Shown here: positions 50,201-60,428 of the stretch, one piece after another
How positions within the stretch are numbered: position 1 is the first letter of the stretch
Layout: each line of letters begins with the position of its first letter
NCBI GenBank assembly: GCA_002633005.1
Contig: NMRA01000972.1
Location: 18,901-82,900, forward strand
DNA from: Phoronis australis
Lineage: Eukaryota > Animalia > Phoronida
DNA length: 64,000 bases
Direction: 5' to 3'
Notes under the pieces: model-generated
Seen by the model: only the letters and a program-made list of their open reading frames with translations
Database searches by the model: none
What the model was told of the DNA's origin: nothing
Translations under genes and position numbers: made by a program

Positions 50201-53200
50201 GTGACTTTGTGTTCACGAACATAGCAAGTTTTGGAAAAAGATGAATCTTCACCAAAATTCATTAATTTGATCAATGATTTTATGTTCACTGTTTCGATCT
50301 TGTGCACCAACTCATTGCCTATTATCCATGCTTAACTAGTTTCTTGATATCAGTCTCTCGGGCGCGTGATGTGTATACAATGAACTGTTGGCCTACTTAC
50401 TGCTCACTCCGCCTGTGACCTACTTTGACTCGAGGCACATGAAACCCCACGTACAAAATTATAACGTTTTAGTTATACTTAAGTTAAGCAAGCACTGCAA
50501 ATTCAAGTGATCTTGCGAGTGAATGTTGAAATCACGATCAAGAAGTCATGTATAGGTTATATCGACCAAAACAGGTTTTACCGAATATCAAGTGACGTTT
50601 TTCACTTCTTTCAGCTTTGCCAAATTGACTTGATCTGAGCTTACGAACACGAATTATCGGAAGTGGCTCGGTGGATTTCACTGGTACTTTCCACTCTCAA
50701 TATTTATTTAACAGTCTCAAAAATGCTGTTAGGACTTTTGAAGTCCTAGTTTTATTGCACTGTATACGACGAATACGACTGCTGTTTTTTACAAAAACGA
50801 CTTACGCTTTGCGAGATAACTTGGCGTAGAAACCAAACTCATAAACGAGTAACAGAAAATTCCTTATAGCGTTGTGGTTTCAAGCTGCTGACCTACTTCC
50901 TGATCTAAGCTACTGTATATCTTCTTAAAAAATTGCATCCATCTAAGCGCGGTATATGTCCACATGTCTTCAACTTACGTTTTCCACATGTTCTGCCATC
51001 AAAGTCTGCCACCTCTCCAGCTGTTTTACACGCACATTTATTGCCAGAACAATGGGCGCCAGAGATGCCACCACAGTCAGCGTCCTGAATACACGTGTCT
51101 CCAATCGTTACTGAAGAGAATGGAGAGAAAAGAACGATTAAACATTTAATAAGCTTTAAAAAGTAATAAAAATACTGCTGCTAATGCTACTGCTGTTGCT
51201 GCTGCTGCTACAACTACTATCAATTATTTGAATAAACGGCAACATGACCTCTTCGGGTATATAACGTTGGCCAGATCATTGTCATCCTGGGGTAACCTAT
51301 TGAGCACCTTCGACTCAGTAGGTGTCCGTTCCGTGAACGCAATACATTTTCGAAAACGCAAATGTTCTCAGGATATAACCATCAAAAGCAAGGGTCGTGA
51401 TTACACTCGCGTCTACGGAACTCAACCCACATTTATGAAGTAAATTGTACGAATCCATTGCTAGGATGGGCAGTCACCGAGTGTGCATCATTTACTTCAT
51501 CTGTGCTCATACCTACCGCGAGCACCGGAAATGCCCAGCCGACAGGCTCGGAATTTTGCGGGGAGAATTTAGCACTGTCATCATCGTTTGCCAGAATTTA
51601 TGCCAATATCAATAGAGAACACAAAACAGGAATCGTAGTGTATTACATCTACGTGCGTCTATGTCCCATTATGCAGTAAGTTACGTACGTAGAAGCTGCA
51701 TTGAACACTAAAAATGTGGTGTACTGTGTCTACGTGTACCTACTCCACACTACGACACTAAGAATGACGCATTGTGCGTAATGTGTACACAGCTTGCATT
51801 GAAAAGATCATGGTGCATACAGGGACTTCAAACAATTCCTCATGAGTAAACATGCGGCAAAACTTGACGTGTTCTCTCATGCAAACGACACATCGTATTT
51901 ACTTAAAAAAATCAAGAGAATTTCGACCCCTTGTTTTGCGGGGTGGTCCGTCCTCCCTCGTCCGAGAGCACTCTCATAAATAGAGTACTTCCCTCATTAA
52001 TATACATCCTTTTCCTACAAGTCAGTTCTTTTCACATGTTCCGTGCGCGCAAGCTAAGGCATTGAGTTTACAGACTGTAACCCGAATCTTTGCCAGTCTC
52101 AAAAATAAATACAGTATGCGTTCAAGGATTTTCTCTCACATGGTGTGGCTAAGGAAACAAACTTGAAACTTTTATCTTACGTCTTACGAGTAGCATTTCC
52201 GGGCTACAATGATACATACGAATAGTCGAAACCATCTATTTGACCAGCACTGGCTTCTGATATCAATGAAATCAATACCAGAATAAATATGCTAGAAACT
52301 TACACGAAGAACAAAATGGAACCTGTTTCCCTTGATTAGGCTGGTCGAAGTAATTCCACAGAGTCGTCCGCTGTCCTTGTGGACATGCGCAAGACTGCGG
52401 ATTGTAGTCCAGGATGCTGTTAGGGGTATAAGTGGAAAGTTGTTGTAGACTGGAGCTTCTACAAGTGGAAGCATCCCCTGATCTCATTTCGCTAGGATAG
52501 ACATCACCTTCGGCCAAGCACATCTCTCCATTGAAGCGGCTGGTGTAGGTGTCGTCACACTCACATAGCTTAGTTTTGGTGTTGCAGAAAGAGTTTGCCG
52601 GTCCGCACACTCCGTCAGCGCCATCTGTAGAGCACTTCTGGCCAATTCTGTTCTCTAGGTTTGAAACAAGGAATGACATCATTACATGTAATGGATTCTT
52701 TAGATTTTTTAAGTCTACGGATTTCTACCGAGCATCGCTACCAACACACCAACCATTTCATTCTTGTTCACAAGGTGAGCCCGGCAACAACTGCCCTGCA
52801 AACTAACACAATACACTTTCGAACGTCTGACAGCAATACCCGTTTAAACGTTTGGCAACTTGATTACCCTAAAAATATACATTTATTATTGAAAACTGAA
52901 TTGATAAACACGTCAAAAGACCTTTTATATACATTGATTAAATTAGCTTGTGCAACAAATATCTAGTAATGTATACTGTAAAGTCATTCGGAAATTGACG
53001 ACTATTGTATGGAAGAGCTCTTGTACTGCACCAAAGTCCTGTTCATGTAACCTTGCTGTAGAAAGAAGAAAGCCTAGAGAATACTATTTTTGAGTGTGTA
53101 CCAATCTATTATTAACTTGGTCACGTGACTATGTCTCTTTAATGAAATTTACCGAAAACGAAAGGTACATTTATAGCACAACTATTGTATTAATAAAGAA

Positions 53201-56200
53201 GCTAAATTTCAATTCTAATAAATGTTCAAGACAGTTTTCTAAAATTCCATTTCGTTTTCATTTTTTGCAACTTTTATTTTTTCGAAAAAATAACGTAACC
53301 GTCCTACATTGTTTAAAGAGGAAGCAAAGTTTTGGAGAGCAGTTCTTAAAACATGATACAGTGGGTAAGTTTCATGTAAATCCGATCAATCCTTTCTGAG
53401 AAATGAAGCTCCGGGAAACTCGAGTACAGAACACTCTGCAGTGTCTTTTTTCTTGTAAAGTGAGCAGGTGTTAAATTACCCATCTGGTACCCCCTAGTAC
53501 CCCACTGTTGTAGACCAACTCCATTTTACATCTGCACTTGAGCAAGAATGATTGATTATTGGAACAAGTTGATTTCGGTGCAGTTTAAACGATGCATTTG
53601 AAAGTAATCTTTTAAGAATTGATGTCATGTCGAATTTTTTCTATCGTTCCAGGGGCAACGACAAAATTATCATCTCTGATACTGAAACCGCAAACCGAAA
53701 GTGCACCACTGATTACGAAAGATACTTACGTGGAACACAAGTGAATTTCTTAACGGAACCCATGAAGCGCGATACATAGCCTCTTGGGCATGCGCACATG
53801 CCCCACTCGCAGCCGCTTTTGATGCATTCCAACGAGCCGAGATCATCGCAGTCGTCGTTGACTTTACAGTATTTCATCGACAAAGCTGTAACAACATTTA
53901 ATAAAGAGTGTATTAGAAACATCGTGTGAATTGGCAGAGGCAATTTTGAAATGGTATCGGAGCTTCAGATTGACGTACTTTTTACTTATCACAGCAGGAC
54001 CATTGACATCATTTCTACTTGGCGTGGGAGACACTGGCCGTACAAAAACAACCGAAACGTTGTTAGTTTTGTTTGAATTAGGCCACTTCTGAGATATTAT
54101 TTTCCAAAGTAAGTCCAATTAAATGATACTAGTCACATGGTAAATATTTTTATGTGAGCAAATTGACCCATTTTATCTTACACCCTCTTTTTCTTCAGTT
54201 CCCACTGGTTAAAAAGGCCTTTAACGTCGACGCGTCAATAGTTTGGGGAGTTGAGGTCAGTATGAACGGTTAACTCCGGTCCTGGATCGCAATTAACAGC
54301 TCCAGTTAACATTCCAGTTAACAGGTGGATTTAACAGCGCAGCGTCGACGCTGCAGTGCAGTATGAACGGTTAACATCGGTCCAATCGAAGTTATCGCCA
54401 GGTGCCACTGTTATGGTCAACAGTTACAGGATAGTGTCGTCACTAATAGCTGCTTATATTTTGCTCTAATAATAAACAATGGATTTAAAAATAACTTTAA
54501 TTTCAATTAGCACTTGTAAATGTTCCCAAATTGTCACATTGAAAAAAGTCTTAGCATGCAGCGCTACCTTTCGATAACTTCGATGGCGACAGTATCGCCT
54601 ACCGTTTACTTCGATGTTCATTTTAAGTTAAAACTACCGAAGCCAGTATGAACGGTCCAGTTTACGTCGACGCTCCGCTCAGACAGGGGTTAAGTCAAGA
54701 TGAAAGGGCCTACAGACTAATTCCTTTGTGTTGGACTTCATTTCGCCTATTCCCAGGCTTCTTATTGGTCTATCTAATCACATTCTACGAATTTGGTAAG
54801 CCCCCAGCGCTTATAGGCTGATGATTGTAACGTCATTTGTTTACGTTCTAACATGTGCACATATTTTATCGTTGGCATATAATTGGATCATGAGACATTT
54901 TTTCTAGGGATAAACTCGACATTAACATCATGTCTTTGTCACTTTGGAGTTTTTCTTTCGTTATTGTGTGGTGATAAACTGGGAGCAATCTATTCAAAAT
55001 CATTCCTGTTACAACAGACTCTGTCGTACTCCTCTGGTCATTACAGGTTACTACACGATACTATCAGTCCTACCTTAAGCCTATCACTTTCGTGATCGTT
55101 GGTTGGGGGGTATCAATAATGGTTTTAGGCCCACAGGTGTGTTGAAATTATTTGTGGAACACGCAAATATGGCCGAGTCAGAGGGGCTGAAATTTCATGA
55201 TTTCAATGCAAGTTCATAAGTACACATATGTAAATGAAGGAGGCTTAATCGTAAATAATGTCCATTTTTGGCCACAATATGAGAATTAAGCTGACGATCA
55301 AGGTTTTATAAAATTCAAAAGCTATTTTTATTACAAGTACTCGACGTTTCACAACTTAGACCAACCCCGTCTCAAAAGAATGTTGTCATCATATGACATC
55401 CAGATATTGTCATAGTCTTTGTAATGTTCCCGCCATATGTTTTGTATATTGTGTGTGTTCATTCTCTTGATAATACAGCTCAGTGGAAGTTGTGAAACGT
55501 CGAGTACTTGTAATAAAGAAAGAGTTTTATGGGACCTTAATCGTCAATTTCATCATTAATTTTACGGTACATTGGTTGCCGTTGTTCTATTACGATATTA
55601 TCCAATGAACAACTCCGTTCAATATACTTTACATCTAAATATATCACGTCGACAGTCACTGCGTTGGGAAAAAAGTGAGCACAACGTTTACACAAGTTTG
55701 AAGTCAGAAAAAAGATAAGTAGAATTGCCGCCCAAAAAACAAACAGCTTAAAGTGTGTGTAACTGAGATTATTATGATCCACCATCGAATATTAATCAGA
55801 TTATAGCAACACTGCCATGGACTGTGTCATTATGTTGATGACAAAGTCAAACTCATTTTTTATGACACGTGGCCTGATATGTGAGTACTTCGGTTTTGGA
55901 ATTGATTAGGCTGTTCACCCTGGGGTTTCAGATGAAACTTCATTAGTACTCTCGCGGAAAAAGTTGAGACCCTTTTCGTAATACTTGATTGGTACATGTA
56001 GTTTAAAATTCTGATAGATTTTTGCCAATAAAAGTCAAGTATAGTATTGCAAGATACGTTTTTCGATTATTCCTTGTGGATCATCCGATTGTATAGTGAC
56101 CTACATACAATATCCGTTAAATGCAATCTAGCAAAATACCGTTTTTCGTTTTAGATCACTCCCGTCAAGGTCTCCGGACACAACTCATAACCTCAGTCTT

Positions 56201-59200
56201 TTCATAGCTTCGAATTTAGCCACAGAGATATTTCATAACTGCGCATGTACAAACTTCATAATCAGCAATAAGGTAAAAAATCATGTTCCCTAGGAAACCT
56301 GGAAAATCATTCGCGACGTTATTCTAGATAATTAGTGTTCCTCATAAAGTGCTTCCTCAACAATGGATTAAATTTGAATTAAGAACACGTCTATAAAACC
56401 GCGTCCCGCCCTAGAAGCGAACCGTTGATTTATGCCAGTCACCGATGTACAATTGGTCTCAACCTTTTCATTATATATTCAAGATTCGAACTGATTTTTG
56501 GGTTTGCTAAGCGCCATAAAATGACACGTCTTGACAAACGAACCTGTTCGCAACAATTCGTTTGAAGCACTGGACTGGAGTACGGAACAATTAATACCGA
56601 TTTCATAACAATAGTGTTCTGAATCAAAAGTTGATTTTTATTTAATTCTATGTCTATTATCAGAAGGGTAGTGTCACATGACTTGATTGAGGTTCGCACA
56701 CTCACAGATATGAAAAATCTCCTATGCAAAATTTGAAACAATGATAGTACAAGAGATGTTCCGAATGCACTTTGGTAAGCTCTGCGGTATTAGCCGAATA
56801 AACTAAGGAATCGTATACACTGCGCATAGGATAAGAAGCAGGCTTGTGCAAAATTAGAAAAGGTAACCTCTTCTCTTACCGACATTGACAAGACTTGCCG
56901 CCACCAACAGGAGAAAAGTGTACTGAAAAAGAAAAACATTCAAGTACAGTATTACACCTCTTTTCTCACCTATGTAGCAATATCAAACACAACGTCTTGA
57001 TGTATTTGACTACACTGTAAAGTGCAGGGCACTTTCGTCAAGCTACACTTTGCTGTAGGTCTATCAAACTATTTCAGGGCCCTGTTTCTCGAAAAGTGTA
57101 TACCCAAAAGTTGATTTTTTGTCTTTTGACTTTGGCTTTTAGTCTGCTCCCGTACTTCTGTATTTTGGCTTCCAATTGTAGACAGTCTTTTCAACTTTTA
57201 GACTAAACCTGATTTCATGACACAGTCTAATCCACCCGTAGACTGAGTTTTTGCCAAGACAATAGACTGGTCAAGAAACTGCCCCAGAAATCAGGAGTGA
57301 AACCCTGTATCAGCTTCCGGTACTGTCAGGTCATGATTTCATAGCTTTGTAGTGGTTCATGTTTGGTAATGGTAGAACTACGGTCTTACTAGTAAAATTG
57401 CTTAAGTTTATTCGTCTATTTACACGAACAGCCATTGAGCCCTGAGCTGTATGAGAACATTTCTTGAGTACTTTCACTGGAAATTTATTTTCTTCTTGTA
57501 TTACTGAATAAAGTATTTCTAGTTCATTAAGAAAAAATCCACGTTTGAAGTTGCATATTTTTACATGGATTTAAAGGAGAATGCCACCCGATTTAATTAA
57601 TCTTTTTTATCATTTTAATCGGTCTATATCCACATCGCCTCTTATACGGTCGACCTCACCTTGCCGAGAGGTGTCGCGACGCAGCGACGTCAGGGGTTCG
57701 TCTGCAGAGTGAATGCCGCTTTATTGCGATGCATCGTTCCCGCTTGTACGAACTATGAAGCTGCGAAGAATGCGGGTATATCGTTTTTCCGACTTCCTCG
57801 AGAGCCCGAAATGATTAGGAAATGGCTCGCGGTAGTGAAGATTGAAAGGTATGCGTTTAATAGCAAGTATGAGGCCGTGAAACTTCTCCGTGTCTTTGGC
57901 TGGCATTTCGCCGACAGTGATTTCTCTGAAAAATTTCAGCTCACCAAAGAACTATCCATACGTTCCGTTGCCTGTTCATGTTCACCGCGCCCCTCTAGTA
58001 TCAGAGTATTCCGGTTCAAACTGATAGTCTGTAAAACCTAAAGATCCGACCCGTGAAGTCTTAGTCGGATGAGCTCTCTACTAAGTCTGTATTGGCGCCG
58101 AGCGAGTTGCCATATAGACGTTTATTATTCTGCGTTCTGTTTCAAAATGAATTATTCTCATCCTAAAAAAATCCTTAGATACAATCTGTAATGCCTTGGA
58201 GTGCTCGTGAGTGCAAATGCTTTGAGAAGCCAGCAATGAATAAATTACTTTGTTACCGGCTTTTGATGCCAGCAACTAAGGTATTTGACCTGGCACCGAG
58301 GCCCTGTGAGCGCATGCCAATTCAGTGTTTGCTGGCAGAAAGCTGTTGTGAAACAATTACTTGATTTTATATGCTATTGGTACGTGTTAGGGGAATCTTT
58401 ATTTAGAAATACAAATACATTATTCAAATCATTGTTACTCTACAACATTTGCCCTGACGGTCTGTGGAAGGGGAACCCGACTTCGCAGCCCACTACAAGT
58501 AATTAGATTTTCAGTTTCGTGGCTAATTCACATAAATAATTACGTGCACATTGTTTCTTTGGCTCACTATCATAGTCTTTTCGTGACTGCCGTGGAGGTT
58601 TAGTTTCCAACTCAAGCTGGTTTATGTTCGTTTCAGTCCCGGCGGCCGCCGCGACGGGCCTGATCGGGTTCCTAGCCACTGATCGGGATAACAAGCGTTT
58701 TGTGTGTCTAGAACTAAAAAGTCACAAGTATAAACAAAACAGATCTAGTTTCTCCTCTCTGTATTTCACGGAAGAAAACTTCGAATTTATCTCCGAACAA
58801 ACCTCAAGCTCCTGCTGCGGACCTTGGTAAATTGGCCTGCCGAACTTTATAGGCTACGGCGTATCCAAATACCAATAAATCCGTAACAGTGAAATAAAAC
58901 AACATGTTTTTATAAGAACTCGGTGTATTTTAAGGGTTTTACATCGAAATTTGATGATTTATTGGTGTTAAACGATGAATTTAAGCGAAAAGCCGACACC
59001 ACTAACCCTTGTTGTGAACTGCTGAACAGACTTCGTGTGAAACCAATTACGTCATTGGATAATTTCAACACCTCCGTCTGCCGTCAGATGTCATGTAACG
59101 CAACCGAACCTGCCGTTATCGAGTATAACTACTCGACCTAAATTGATACAAAATAGGTTGTTTTTGGGTAGCATTCTCCTTTAACTGCAAGTGTTCATAT

Positions 59201-60428
59201 TTGTGGTTATATTGACAAAATACTAAAATAGTCAAAAGACAATCATTTTTTCAAGACCCAAGTTCTAATGAAATCCATAAGTGTCCAGATATGTGGTTAT
59301 ATTGACAAATTACTAAAATAGTCAAGAGACAACCACCCTTTCAAGAACATAAGTCTTACGAAACCAATGGATGTTCAGATATATGCTTAATAAATATTCA
59401 CAAAAACACTAAAATCTACTTTTCCAATGAGAGGAAGAGACACATTATATTGAAAAAAAGGCTGAGCTTGCTGTGCGTAGGTAAATTCAGTTCAGCGTAC
59501 GACCACCATGGTCCCAATCATAAACTGGATGTCGGATCACGCTTTCAGTGAAATATTTCAGTTTCCTGCAATATAACTTTACTGACAATATGTAAAATAA
59601 TGAAACATTGATAACGATACCAAATTCTTCATCTACATACAATCTTATATGTAAAAAATTACTCAGAAAACGTCAAATGGGAATAACATAACCTCGCTGT
59701 GAATTTGACAGTTCAACCCAATTCTTAGGCTCAAGCTTGATACAGAGGCGCTCGGAGTGTCGAAACCATAGACATAGATGTCTATCGTCGATTAAATCTC
59801 CTTTGTTCATGTGCGCAGCTTTGTATTTGAACACCGAGAGACATGAAAAACAATCAAAATAAGCACTTTGTGCGCATTATGGATTTTCAGTTTAGATGTT
59901 TACTCTGGATCACGACAAATATTCAAATCGGATCGATGAAATGAATTTAGTTCTGAAAGCACAAAGCCAATAATTGAAATGCCACTGACGCCTTCAACAT
60001 GAACTACTAAAAGAGTAAGAGGACTGCTAGATAATGGCGCAGTTCATAGACTTAGGAAATTCCTGACAAGTATAAACATATCTTAAGAACTTTTGTGTTT
60101 CCGTGAGAGAACACGGTTTTACACAAATTCGTTGATGAGGGAACGAAAGTCGCAAAACGAATCAACCATTTAAGCAGTGCAGTTTCCCGGTTTCAGAAAA
60201 AAGGCTTAAAATTTGAAATGTTAAGTAGATTGTTCAGGTCACCTTTCAATGAATAACAATACGAAAAAGATTAGTTACGCTTAGAAAATTTCTGTACCAA
60301 TGAGATTGACTGATTATGATTCTGCATCCAAGTTGTCTTAATAGTGCTTCTACCATTTACATGACACTTGAACTGGAACAGTATACTCAAAGACAAAAAT
60401 GATGACGTTTTAAACTTACCCACACCAT
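44117..60428 (-). CDS. Secreted, probably GPI-anchored cysteine-rich protein with EB-module/EGF-like repeats (about 294 aa, or 335 aa with the optional exon)
   Basis: Exons: 60428-60420 (MVW), 56922-56880 (YTFLLLVAASLVNV), 53885-53730, 52654-52304, 51110-50979, optional 45195-45073, 44951-44865, 44223-44117. All are GT-AG and the internal cysteine exons are symmetric phase 1-1. Signal peptide MVWYTFLLLVAASLVNVALS; repeats IG.xC...C...C...CxC...C; hydrophobic C-terminus ...AGSNYKVPSVSLILVCLAYLVTK*. Confidence 0.75.
44865..44951 (-). CDS. Cysteine-rich exon (AIGDTCHGDMNCKGINVNAICVKGKCQN)
   Basis: Phase 1-1, G|GTAAGC donor; clear paralogue of the 50979-51110 exon. Confidence 0.78.
46716..46870. 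mobile_element. Short GC-rich MITE (TAGTGGGATCCAGGGGG...TTGGATCCGCCCCTA)
   Basis: Inverted GGATCC-containing ends and internal GACCCCCC repeats; same type as 10518-11078. Confidence 0.6.
48747..48841 (-). pseudogene. Frameshifted or pseudo-exon of the cysteine-rich gene
   Basis: Good splice sites (gtcag / CAG|GTAAAC) but 95 nt long (phase 1 to 0). One extra A in the A7 run would give a symmetric 96-nt exon ending ...KKSICAT-G. Confidence 0.45.
50979..51110 (-). CDS. Cysteine-rich exon (TIGDTCIQDADCGGISGAHCSGNKCACKTAGEVADFDGRTCGK)
   Basis: cttcag acceptor, C|GTAAGT donor, phase 1-1, 6-Cys EB-like module. Confidence 0.85.
52304..52654 (-). CDS. Cysteine-rich exon (NRIGQKCSTDGADGVCGPANSFCNTKTKLCECDD...VPFCSS)
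   Basis: cctag acceptor, T|GTAAGT donor, phase 1-1, EB-like cysteine spacing. Confidence 0.85.
53730..53885 (-). CDS. Cysteine-rich exon (LSMKYCKVNDDCDDLGSLECIKSGCEWGMCACPRGY...FTCVP)
   Basis: ttacag acceptor, C|GTAAGT donor, phase 1-1, 7 Cys. Confidence 0.85.
54216..54711. mobile_element. Harbinger-like MITE with internal repeats
   Basis: Ends AGGCCTTT and AAAGGGCCT; three CAGTATGAACGG copies, three CGTCGACG palindromes and repeated GTTAAC. Confidence 0.55.
55327..55517. repeat. Perfect 31-bp inverted repeat, probable Penelope-like element remnant
   Basis: 55327-55357 TTTATTACAAGTACTCGACGTTTCACAACTT and 55487-55517 AAGTTGTGAAACGTCGAGTACTTGTAATAAA. Confidence 0.8.
56880..56922 (-). CDS. 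Signal-peptide exon of the cysteine-rich gene
   Basis: Strong acceptor tttttctttttcag and donor G|GTAAGA; hydrophobic reading frame in phase with the next exon. Confidence 0.72.
57575..59180 (+). mobile_element. Kolobok-type DNA transposon derivative (non-autonomous) with a THAP-domain remnant
   Basis: TTAA on both flanks (57571-57574 and 59181-59184); TIRs AGGAGAATGCCACCCGA and TTGGGTAGCATTCTCCT; internal THAP-like ORF. TTAA TSD, RR..YY ends and THAP are Kolobok hallmarks. Confidence 0.8.
57661..58041 (+). pseudogene. Degenerate THAP zinc-finger ORF within the transposon
   Basis: CIVPACTN...ISFFRLP...RKWL...RVFGWHFADSDF follows the C2CH THAP signature with the third Cys lost; TTG start; no transposase domain follows. 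Confidence 0.7.
59191..59414 (+). repeat. 90-bp tandem repeat, about 2.5 copies
   Basis: Units at 59191, 59281 and about 59371; the first two share GTGGTTATATTGACAAA.TACTAAAATAGTCAA.AGACAA. Confidence 0.8.

Noticed and set aside
57575-59180. piggyBac assignment or a host THAP gene
   Set aside because: The ends are AGG..CCT rather than piggyBac CCY, and the ORF is degenerate and enclosed by TIRs, which fits Kolobok better.
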